NCBI GenBank assembly: GCA_963766075.1 | Contig: CAVYAN010000049.1 | Coordinates: 13,598 to 77,597 of the forward strand | From: an uncultured cyanobacterium | Lineage (GTDB): Bacteria > Cyanobacteriota > Cyanobacteriia > Leptolyngbyales > Leptolyngbyaceae | Direction of reading: 5' to 3' | DNA: 64,000 bases | Shown: positions 22,073 to 31,402 of the stretch, one piece after another | Numbering within the stretch: the stretch's first letter is position 1 | How the letters are laid out: each line of letters opens with the position of its first letter | The notes under the pieces: generated by a model | What the model was told of the DNA's origin: nothing | Database searches by the model: none | What the model saw: only the letters and a program-made list of their open reading frames with translations | Made by a program: the position numbers and the translations under genes

Positions 22073-23692
22073 TCAGTCATCTTCCAAATTCAGCAGTTGC
22101 TGATCAATCGCCTGCAGCCGAGACTTCACAACTTCATCCGATAGAATGCGCTTGCGCGACGCATCGTGTAAGGCATCTTTTTCCGCCAACAAGAGTCGTC
22201 GCCGAATCGCTTCTTTGAAATGATCCCCCACGGATGTGGTGAGTTTATTCGGACGACGGTTGTAAAAATCGCGGAGCGATCGCTCCGCCGCCGCCACCCG
22301 CACTTGATAGGTGGCCCGCATTTCCTCATACACCGATTTTGGCAGGACTCCCGCCTTCAGCAGGGCATCCAATTCCTCCTGGGCCGCCTTGGCGGTCATC
22401 AACTGCGACTGCAACGCTTCTAGCCATTGCTGCGAGTCGGAGGCCCGCGCCACCTGCAACCGCTGCACCAACCACGGTAAACTCACCCCCTGTCCCACCA
22501 AAGACACCAGCACCGTACCAAACACCAAGGCAATCAACCCTTCTCGCCCAGGGATGTTTCCTGGCAGACTCAGGGCTAGGGCCATGGACAACGAGCCTTT
22601 AATATTGCCCAAAAACAGGACATGCTGCCAGCGGAATGGAATGGAACGATCAATCCAGCGGGCGATCGCCAACAGTGGATACACGGCGAGAAATCGCCCA
22701 CACTGATAGGCCAGCACAGCCAACAACACAGCGGGGAGGGTTCTCCCCAGCGTTTGCGGTTGAATCTCTAACCCAATCAGCAAAAAAATAAATGTATTCA
22801 CCCCAAATCCGGCATATTCCCAAAAGCTCAGCACCGTAATCCGGCTGGAGGCCGACACCTTGCCGGAGCGCTCCACATTGCCAATGACCAGGCCCGCCAC
22901 CACCACCGCCACCACTCCAGATACGCCCAAAAACTGACTGACTTGAAACGCTCCCAGGGCGATCGCCACCGTCAGCAAAATATTCCCCAGCGCATCCTCC
23001 AACAGGGCATAGAGCATCACCCCCAAGTAGCCCACGGTCAGCCCGACTAAACCGCCCCCAACCAGAATCACAAAAAATTCCTGAACGCCCTCCAGCAGCG
23101 TTACGGAACCGGTCGCGTTGAACTTCAGGATCAAACTAAACAACACCAACGCCATTCCATCATTGAATAGGCTTTCTCCTTCCACAATGGTGATCAGGCG
23201 CGAGGGCACCGGGACTTCCTTAAAGACTGCAATCACCGATACGGTGTCCGTAATCGCCAGCATCACCCCCGCCAACAAGGCAGGCACCCAAGCCAATCCC
23301 AGGCCAAATTTCAGCATCAAGGCCGTCACGCCCGAAGCAATAATCACCCCCGGCCCCGCCAGCAAGGCGATGGGCTTCACCGTACTGCGCAGCCGACTGA
23401 CATCGGTATTAATCGAGGCTTCAAACAATAAAATCGGCAAAAATAAATTAAAAATCAACGAGGAATCTAAGCCGATTTTGCGCGGGAGCAGTTCCGCGAT
23501 CGCCAGCCCCGCCACCACCAATCCCGTCACATAGGGCACCCGCAACCGCCGCGACAGCAAGGCCACCCCCGTCGCCACCAGCAGCAAAATAATTAGCACC
23601 GTAACTAATTGCGCTACATTACCCGTACCTGCGCCAACAGCCGCCAACCAATACATCATGATTTCATAACCTAACGTGTCCGGATCAAACAC
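22073..23692 (-). CDS. nhaP: Na+/H+ (cation:proton) antiporter, CPA1/NhaP type, with cytoplasmic C-terminal domain
   Basis: ~12 TM segments, a conserved ATDTVSV-like motif (ITDTVSVIAVF), and a long helical soluble tail. Size is 539 aa. Confidence 0.8.
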   Translation of the reverse strand: MFDPDTLGYEIMMYWLAAVGAGTGNVAQLVTVLIILLLVATGVALLSRRLRVPYVTGLVVAGLAIAELLPRKIGLDSSLIFNLFLPILLFEASINTDVSRLRSTVKPIALLAGPGVIIASGVTALMLKFGLGLAWVPALLAGVMLAITDTVSVIAVFKEVPVPSRLITIVEGESLFNDGMALVLFSLILKFNATGSVTLLEGVQEFFVILVGGGLVGLTVGYLGVMLYALLEDALGNILLTVAIALGAFQVSQFLGVSGVVAVVVAGLVIGNVERSGKVSASSRITVLSFWEYAGFGVNTFIFLLIGLEIQPQTLGRTLPAVLLAVLAYQCGRFLAVYPLLAIARWIDRSIPFRWQHVLFLGNIKGSLSMALALSLPGNIPGREGLIALVFGTVLVSLVGQGVSLPWLVQRLQVARASDSQQWLEALQSQLMTAKAAQEELDALLKAGVLPKSVYEEMRATYQVRVAAAERSLRDFYNRRPNKLTTSVGDHFKEAIRRRLLLAEKDALHDASRKRILSDEVVKSRLQAIDQQLLNLEDD

Positions 23693-23991
23693 CGTCGTCC
23701 TGAATTTGGATCTAGCTCCTGATCAGGATTTAACTCCTGCGTGAGATGGGGATATTGTCTGATTTAGACATATTGTGCTGATCAAAGACCCCATACTTCA
23801 ATAGACCTAAATCAATTGCCCGAAAGCGCGGGGGAACCTGAATCGTCCATTCCCTTCCCGAACCCAACTATTCCTCCATACCCGTCCAATTTAGGCACCA
23901 GATTGGGTAAGAATTCTAGGGAATGCGCTATATTACGACATCAGTATTTGTAATCATTTGGCTTTGTAATCATCTTGGAGGTTTAGCGTCA

Positions 23992-25263
23992 GTGAGCCCA
24001 AACGTGTCCACCCTGCCCAATTTTATCGAACCCCTTCTCGACGCTGAAACGCCCTTTAGCCCCAGCGAGTTCGATACCTATGTGATGGCTACCTACGGGC
24101 GCTATGCGATCGCCTTGGAGCGTGGCCTAGGGTGCCACGTTTGGGACACAACCGGGCGCGAATACCTGGACTTTGTCGCTGGGATTGCCACCTGCACCCT
24201 GGGGCATGCCCACCCGGCCATGGTGGCCGCAGTCACCCGCGAAATCAGTCGGCTGCACCATGTGTCTAACCTGTACTACATTCCCAATCAGGGTAACCTG
24301 GCCAAGTGGCTCGTGCAGCACTCCTGTGCCGATCGCGTCTTTTTCTGCAACTCCGGGGCCGAAGCCAACGAAGGCGCGATTAAACTGGCCCGCAAGTATG
24401 CCCACACTGTCCTCAAAATTGAGGATCCGGTGATTATCACTGCCCATGCCAGCTTCCATGGACGCACCCTGGCCACCGTGACCGCCACGGGACAGCCCAA
24501 GTATCAAAAAGGGTTTAGCCCCCTGGTGCCCGGTTTCTACTACGTTCCCTATAACGATATCGGGGCGCTGGAGCGAGCGCTGGACGAGCTGGACGGACGA
24601 GATCGCCGGGTGGCAGCCATCATGCTGGAGCCGCTCCAAGGGGAAGGCGGGGTTAATCCCGGCAAGGTGGAGTACTTCCAACAGATTCGTCAGCTGTGTG
24701 ATCAAAAGGGAATTTTGCTCATCCTCGACGAGGTGCAAGTCGGCATGGGTCGCTCTGGCACCCTTTGGGGCCATGAGCAGTTAGGCATTGAACCGGATAT
24801 TTTCACCTCGGCCAAGGGGTTAGGCGGCGGGGTGCCCATTGGCGCGCTGCTCTGCAAGTCCATTTGCGATATTTTTCAGCCCGGAGACCATGCCAGTACC
24901 TTCGGCGGCAATCCCTTTGTCTGTGGCGTGGCCCTAGAGGTCTGCCAAACCATTGAGCGCGATCGCCTGCTGGAGAATGTGAATGCGCGGGGAGAACAGT
25001 TGCGGAGTGGACTGCGGGCGATCGCGGCTAAATATCCTGAAAAAATCGCCGATGTTCGAGGCTGGGGCTTAATCAACGGGCTAGAGATTAGGGCGGAGAG
25101 TCCGTTAACCTCTCCCGATATTGTCAAATCAGCCATGGCTAGCGGCCTCTTACTGGTTCCCGCGGGTCCCAAGGTGGTGCGATTTGTACCACCGCTGATT
25201 GTCTCGGCTGCCGAGATTGATCAGGCGCTCGGGTGCGTAGAGCAGGCGTTTGCATTGCTGTAA
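23992..25263 (+). CDS. argD: acetylornithine aminotransferase ArgD (class III PLP aminotransferase). GTG 23992 is preferred over the ORF-track ATG 23923.
   Basis: YGRYAIALERG...VWD N-terminus, GAEANEGAIKLARKY, DEVQVGMGRSG, and PLP lysine in FTSAKGLGGG. GGAGG lies at 23977-23981, 10 nt before the GTG. The 5' 69 nt of the long ORF contains a direct repeat TTTGTAATCAT x2 and looks non-coding. Confidence 0.88.
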   Translation: MSPNVSTLPNFIEPLLDAETPFSPSEFDTYVMATYGRYAIALERGLGCHVWDTTGREYLDFVAGIATCTLGHAHPAMVAAVTREISRLHHVSNLYYIPNQGNLAKWLVQHSCADRVFFCNSGAEANEGAIKLARKYAHTVLKIEDPVIITAHASFHGRTLATVTATGQPKYQKGFSPLVPGFYYVPYNDIGALERALDELDGRDRRVAAIMLEPLQGEGGVNPGKVEYFQQIRQLCDQKGILLILDEVQVGMGRSGTLWGHEQLGIEPDIFTSAKGLGGGVPIGALLCKSICDIFQPGDHASTFGGNPFVCGVALEVCQTIERDRLLENVNARGEQLRSGLRAIAAKYPEKIADVRGWGLINGLEIRAESPLTSPDIVKSAMASGLLLVPAGPKVVRFVPPLIVSAAEIDQALGCVEQAFALL

Positions 25264-25393
25264 TTGGCGCTATTCCTGAGCTTGCACCGCCCCTTTGCAA
25301 CAGTCACTGACTAGCTGACCCGTCCAGGGAGCCAACTCGTCCCTGATCTGGGGGATGAGTTGTTGATCTGGGCGATCGATCGGGCGATCGCCC

Positions 25394-25855
25394 TTAGCCA
25401 CACCGGGGCCGCAAGCCGTGGTGGCGATAGGCGAGGTAATCTCGGAGAATGCGATCGTGATCAAAGCACAGGCTTTGTGGGATTTCCCAGGGGGCAAAGA
25501 TCCCCACGGATTTGGCATCGTCGTCGGCTTGGGGGGTGCCCCAGGCAGTGGCCAGAAACACGATGCTGATGGTGTGCTGGCGCGGATCGCGATCGGGGGC
25601 GGAATAGACCTGGAACTGTTCAATTAAGCTCACGGTGAGCCCGACTTCTTCGAGGGCTTCCCGCTGGGCCGCAGTTTCTACGGATTCGCCATAGTCCACG
25701 AAACCGCCGGGAATAGCCCAGCCGTGGGGCGGATTCAACCGCTCGATCAGCACGATGGGCCGATGGGGGCGATCGCCCAGTTCAATAATGATATCGACGG
25801 TCGGAGCAGGATTGCGATAGGTCACGGTGGCGGCCACGTACAACATGTTTATCAT
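25394..25855 (-). CDS. Nudix hydrolase
   Basis: Nudix box [24 protein letters not shown]. Confidence 0.85.
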   Translation of the reverse strand: MINMLYVAATVTYRNPAPTVDIIIELGDRPHRPIVLIERLNPPHGWAIPGGFVDYGESVETAAQREALEEVGLTVSLIEQFQVYSAPDRDPRQHTISIVFLATAWGTPQADDDAKSVGIFAPWEIPQSLCFDHDRILRDYLAYRHHGLRPRCG

Positions 25856-25939
25856 GCCCGGTTAGCGGCCCCGATGGGTGGGCAATCGCGCCGTTTTTTC
25901 AGATTATTCCTGGAGATTATTCTTGATTATTCCTTGAGA

Positions 25940-27408
25940 TTATTCTTTGGGATGTGCTTTGGGGTTGGCCTTGAGATTCACCTTGGCCCGCAGCTCTGCT
26001 TTGATGCGGCTCAGGATAGAGGCTTCGTCGAGGGATGCCAAAATCCGGGTCACCACGGCTTTGGGACCTTCTGGCCCCCAGGAGGCCCCATTGGCCAGAT
26101 AGGTTTTGGCCACTTGCCCGATCCCATAGGACGACACGCCCGCTACCCCCGCCTGGGTCACCGCCACAGACACATAGGCCCCCAGCGACAAGCCTCCCGT
26201 AGCCGGAACCGCCGTACCCAGCAGGAGCTTGAGGGAACTCAAGCCCAGGGTCGCGACCAATTCGCTCGCTGTAATCCCACCCATGGTCAAGGCAATTTTT
26301 TGGAGCAGCCCCAACGCCCCTTGCTGGGTCATAGCAATGCCGTAGAGCTTCGACAGGGCCAGGATCATCGCGATATCAATCACGGCGCTGCTGACCACAT
26401 CGACAATGGTGAGCGGATTCAGGGCGATCGCCACAGCCTTGGTCATCACGCCATTCCAGATCACCCGATTGGCACCCTGTTCGCGAATTTCCAGCTTGCG
26501 GGCTACCAGTTGTTCATGAATATCGTGCGTAAACAGCATGGTGTTCAGCGCCACCAGGGACTTGCCCTCGCGATGGAGCACCTCAAGAATTTTCAGCTTT
26601 AGGTCTTCGACTTGGGGCACCCCCGTGCTGAGCTTGGCCACCAGTCGCCCATCGGCTTGGCGCACGGCTTGAGCCACGAGCGGAGAGGCCGCTGCCATCA
26701 CAATTTCATCCGGCGATAAAATTTCTTTCACCCGCTCATCCCGAATTTTGTGGTACACCGCAAGGCGATCGGTGTCCGGATATTGATCAATTTTGTTAAA
26801 CACGAGAATGATTGGCTTGCTGGCATCCCGCAGCGCTGAAAGAGCCTGATACTCGACCTTGGTAATGTCCCCCGAGACCAAAAACAAAATCAGGTCGGCC
26901 TGTTGGGCGATCGCCCGAGCTAGCGCTTCCCGATCTTCACCATTCACTTCATCGATGCCGGGAGTGTCGATCAGCTCAATACTGGAGTTCCCCATACTGG
27001 GCAGGGCCACCCGCAGGAGGGGCGATCGCTGCCCTTGACAGCTTCCTGGCTCATGCGCCATTGGGCGGTTTGGCACTGTTGCGTTACCCCATGGATCGGG
27101 CCCGTTTCAAACACGGTCTCGCCCAGGAGCGCATTCAGCAACGAGGATTTACCGCGCCCTACCATACCAAAGACGGCAATGTGAACCACTTGGCGATCAA
27201 GCTTGTCCAACATGGAGGTCAATCCGCCAATTTCGGGTTCCAAGCCGCGCCGTTCTGTCGCAGTCAAATCCAGTTTGCCAATCAAATCGCGCAGCACGGT
27301 TTGGGCTTGCCGATAGTTGAGTTCCGCTTTGATATCGTCAAAACTCAAGATCGCATCGTCTAATTCCTGCTGGAATTCAGGCGGAGTTGGGGATGAAGGA
27401 GAGGACAT
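25940..27408 (-). CDS. GTP-binding protein with C-terminal DUF697-like membrane-associated domain. Split into ORFs 26971-27447 and 25940-27076 by one frame change near 27015-27025.
   Basis: G1 GMVGRGKSSLLNALLG is in the upstream ORF; G3 DTPGIDEV and G4 NKID are in the downstream ORF. The C-terminal region is Gly/Ala-rich and hydrophobic. Start taken at MSSPSS (27408). Confidence 0.8.
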
Positions 27409-27677
27409 GGGAAGACTCTTGTTGCACAGTGAATGCCACGGACGCATGACCGGGCTGACCTACTGATCTGGATGATAGCGGTTTCGCTGAGCAACGACAG
27501 CCCAGCTCAAACGCAACCACACGCCCTAAACGGCCACCCCAACAACAAACGGCCATCCAACAACGCGTTTCACCTTGCCCCGACGATGCCCCCGACAATA
27601 ACCCCGGCAGTGAGGGCGTTGCTAACCCTTGGCGCGCCTGAGCGCGCCTACCCCCACTCCCACCAAAGCCGAAACGC

Positions 27678-29550
27678 TCAGGCGGGCACTTCAATTTTTT
27701 GGCTGCCCGCTAGGCCAAAGGCCGCATGAACCACCTGTAGGGCTTTTACGCCATCGTCCTCCGCCACAACGCAACTGACTTTGATTTCCGATGTGGCAAT
27801 CATTTGAATATTGATTTGAGCTTGAGCCAGGGACTGAACAACTGGGCTGCCACACCCGGGAACCCCACCATGTGGGCACCGACAATACTGACCTTGGCGA
27901 TCGCCCGGTCCACCACAATTTCCCCACAGCCCAGATCCGCCGCCAGCAAGGCCGATTGGGCGGTTTCCGCGTCAGCCCGCGCCACCGTAAACGCAATATC
28001 CCGCGTCGGCAGACCCTCCACCACCCGACAGCGCTGGGATTGAATAATCATGTCCACACTCACCCCAGCCTGGGCCAGGATTTGGAAAATCTGAGCCGCC
28101 ATGCCAGGGCGATCCGGCACCTGGCGAATGGCAAGCCGTGCCTGTCCCGATCCAGAGCGACCCCGCGCACCGGGCCCCAACTTCCCGCCGTTTCGGGATG
28201 TCCAGGGGCCTCAACGCCACTCTTCATCGGCGAATTGGACACCGCAAAGGAGTCACATAACACGGCGATCGCCCGATCGCAATCCGCCGCATCAACCACA
28301 CAACTGACCTTAATCTCGGAGGTCGAAATCATCTGAATATTCACACCCGCCGCCGCCAGCGTCGTGAACATTTGGGCCGCCACCCCAGGCCGACCAATCA
28401 TCCCGGCTCCCGCAATCGCCACCTTGGCAATCTGCTGTTTCACCATGACCTCCGGCGTGCCACCCCGCAAATCCGCCGCCGTAATCGGCGCTGAGCGATC
28501 CGGTGCCGCACGATCCAGGGCGCTCAGCGAGGAAGCGCACAGCGCTGGCACAATCGCACTGGCAACCGCCGTGGCACGGCTCAGGGAATCCTGGGTAACC
28601 GTGAAGGCAATATCATTGGTGTTGCCCTCGTGAATCGATTGAATGATCAGATCCACATCCAAGGACTGACGGGCAATTTCGCCAAACAGTTTTGCCGCCA
28701 CACCGGGGCGATCGGGCACCCGCAGCAGCGACACCTTAGCCTGATCCAGATCAAATTCCACACTATCTACTGGCAGCGCCAGTTCCAAGCCCTCCAAGGG
28801 TCGGGGTTTAGGCTGAGGCGACGTCACCCAGGTGCCCGGTTCCTGACTCCAGCTCGATCGCACCACCAAGGGCATGCCATAGTTACGGGCAATTTCCACC
28901 GCCCGCGGATGCAGCACCTTGGCCCCCAAACTGGCCAACTCCAGCATTTCATCACAGGTGATCTCCGTCATCAACTGGGCTTCCGGCACCAGGCGCGGAT
29001 CCGTGGTCAAAATTCCGGGCACGTCTGTATAAATCTCACAGAAATCCGCCTGCAAGGCCGCCGCCAAAGCCACCGCTGATGTATCCGACCCCCCCCGGCC
29101 CAGGGTAGTAATTTCCAGATCATCCAAGTTGCTAATGCCCTGGAATCCCGCCACCACGACCACCTTCCCTTCCTGCAAGTGGCGCTCTAGGCGATCGGTT
29201 TCAATTCGTAGAATGCGGGCACGGGTATGCTCAGCCTCTGTCACAATCCCCACCTGGGCTCCCGTAAGAGAAATTGCGGGCTGCCCTAGTTCCTGAAGGG
29301 CCATGCTCAGAAGCGCAATAGTCACTTGTTCGCCGGTGGACAGCAGCATATCCATTTCCCGCCGACTGGGGTTAGGGGAAATATCACTGGCTAGCTTGAC
29401 CAAGCCATCGGTGGTTTTGCCCATGGCCGAAACGACCACCACCACGGAATTTCCGGCTTGGGCGGTAGTCAGGACCCGCTGGGCCACTGCCTGAATTCGT
29501 TCCACCGTACCCACCGACGTGCCGCCATATTTCTGAACGATTAGCGCCAT
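27678..29550 (-). CDS. lysC: aspartate kinase (cyanobacterial long form with duplicated ACT pairs). Read in three frames in this sequence, with frame changes near 28150-28157 and 27827-27835.
   Basis: [15 protein letters not shown]-terminus and the kinase core in ORF 28060-29583. The second ACT pair continues as ...VRGVALDR|[20 protein letters not shown] in ORF 27800-28180. The last segment, ...[40 protein letters not shown], is in a third frame ending at TGA 27678-27680. Confidence 0.88.
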
Positions 29551-29762
29551 AGCTCCGCTTACCCAGTCGATCGCAGTTGACAATTACAGTTGACATTAAT
29601 CATGCCGTAATTTGTCCCGATTTGGCTGATTTTTGGGCGATCGCCCCCACCCAAACCGCCCCCGCCATCAATCCAGCCCCGCTGGGATGGCGTGCGGATG
29701 CGCTCCCCCATATTCGCCATTACAATCGGCAAAGGGATCACCACTCAAGAGACACTGCCTGT

Positions 29763-30575
29763 ATGTGCCAACTGCTGGGGATGAACTGCAATGTACCCAC
29801 GGATATTTGCTTTTCCTTTGAGGGGTTTTGTGCGCGTGGGGGCAAAACCGACGAACATCGCGATGGCTGGGGGATTGCGTTTTTTGAGGAGCGCGGCTGT
29901 CGCCTCTTCCTAGATGACAAGCCATCCATTGCTTCGCCCATTGCCGAACTGGTCCGTCGCTATCCGCTGAAATCCTGTAACGTAATTGCCCATATTCGCA
30001 AAGCCACCTTTGGCGCGGTCCGCCTGGAAAATTGCCATCCGTTTCAGCGGGAGATGTGGGGGCGCTACTGGCTCTTTGCCCACAATGGCGACTTGCCAAA
30101 CTTTCACTATGATAGCCAGGGCTACTATCGCCCGGTAGGCACCACGGATAGCGAGCAGGCATTTTGCTGCATCCTAGAAACCCTGCGGCAACGATTTCCC
30201 CAGGGCAAGCCATCCTTGGCAGAGCTTTATCCGGTTCTGCAAGCGGTGACCCAGGACATTGCCCAATTTGGCATCTTTAATTACCTGTTTTCTGATGGAG
30301 AGCATTTATTCGTCCACTGCTCCACCAAGCTGAGCTATATCGTTCGCCAAGCCCCCTTCGCCGCCGCTCATTTAATTGATGAGGACGTCACCGTAGATTT
30401 TCAAGAGCTAACCGGGGACAGCGATCGCGTAGCCGTGATTGCGACTGTCCCGCTAACGGATAATGAGGAATGGACCGCGATCGCCCCGGGCGAACTGCTG
30501 GTGTTTCAGGATGGCATGCCCCACGCCCCAGAGACTCTGCTGGGAGCACAGACCAGGGGCGGGAGCGATTCCTAG
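29763..30575 (+). CDS. class II (Ntn) glutamine amidotransferase, YafJ-like
   Basis: Conserved N-terminal MCQLLGMN, with catalytic Cys2 directly after the ATG at 29763. RDGWGIAFF and HNGDL motifs follow. The ORF-track start at 29577 would bury the nucleophile. Confidence 0.8.
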   Translation: MCQLLGMNCNVPTDICFSFEGFCARGGKTDEHRDGWGIAFFEERGCRLFLDDKPSIASPIAELVRRYPLKSCNVIAHIRKATFGAVRLENCHPFQREMWGRYWLFAHNGDLPNFHYDSQGYYRPVGTTDSEQAFCCILETLRQRFPQGKPSLAELYPVLQAVTQDIAQFGIFNYLFSDGEHLFVHCSTKLSYIVRQAPFAAAHLIDEDVTVDFQELTGDSDRVAVIATVPLTDNEEWTAIAPGELLVFQDGMPHAPETLLGAQTRGGSDS

Positions 30576-30613
30576 AATTCCTAGAATTCCTAAATGATCT
30601 GGCCTGAGAACTT

Positions 30614-31204
30614 TTACGCCGCCGCGACGGGCGTTTTTTGAATCACCTGGTCAATCAAACCATAGGCTCTGGATTCTTCTGCTGACATAAAGAAGTCACG
30701 CTCGGTATCTTCAACAATCTTGTCAAAGGGTTGCCCGGTGTGCTCCGCCAAAATTTCATTTAGGCGTTGCTTGTGGTACAGAATTTCCTTAGCTTGGATT
30801 TCAATATCGACTGCCTGCCCCTGAGCCCCGCCCAGCGGTTGGTGAATCATGATCCGGGAGTGCGGTAAACTCATGCGCTTGCCCTTAGTACCAGAACTCA
30901 GCAGGAATGCACCCATGCTGGCCGCCAATCCTACGCAAATCGTCGAAACCTGGGGACGAATGTGCTTGATCGTGTCGTAAATGCCCATGCCCGCCGTCAC
31001 CGAGCCACCCGGAGAATTGATATAGAGATAAATATCTTTCTCAGAATCTTCCGCATCGAGGAACAGCAACTGCGCCACGATCAGGTTGGCCACATCTGAA
31101 TCGATCGCCTGTCCCAAAAAGACGATGCGCTCCCGCAATAGGCGCGAATAAATATCAAAGGCACGTTCGCCCCGACCAGACTGTTCAATTACGGTAGGAA
31201 TCAT
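30614..31204 (-). CDS. clpP: ATP-dependent Clp protease proteolytic subunit ClpP
   Basis: Catalytic Ser in [11 protein letters not shown], His in MIHQP, and Asp in the [10 protein letters not shown] region. About 196 aa. Confidence 0.93.
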   Translation of the reverse strand: MIPTVIEQSGRGERAFDIYSRLLRERIVFLGQAIDSDVANLIVAQLLFLDAEDSEKDIYLYINSPGGSVTAGMGIYDTIKHIRPQVSTICVGLAASMGAFLLSSGTKGKRMSLPHSRIMIHQPLGGAQGQAVDIEIQAKEILYHKQRLNEILAEHTGQPFDKIVEDTERDFFMSAEESRAYGLIDQVIQKTPVAAA

Positions 31205-31402
31205 GGAGTCGCCCAAAAATCAGAGAGTCCCCCTATTCTACCGTGGCAACTGCCTGCCCAACCCCCAAACCAGGTTGGGCAAACCGAACTCCGGATTTAG
31301 GGTTACATTAATGAGGGTTTGGACAGGGGACGGGGAATCAATCCGGCGTCATCGGTCCAGGTCTGCTCTCCTAAAAACTATTCACTTTTCTTCACTCTGA
31401 CG

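Noticed and set aside
24127-24774. 215-aa minus-strand ORF
   Set aside because: It is antisense to argD, whose PLP-aminotransferase motifs are clear. No motifs of its own.
25270-25623. 117-aa minus-strand ORF overlapping the Nudix gene
   Set aside because: It is an alternative frame of the same strand. The Nudix box lies in the other frame, and its Pro/Ala-rich sequence looks like a GC-frame artefact.
25724-26602. 292-aa plus-strand ORF
   Set aside because: It is antisense to the DUF697-type GTPase gene. Gly/His/Arg-rich low-complexity translation.
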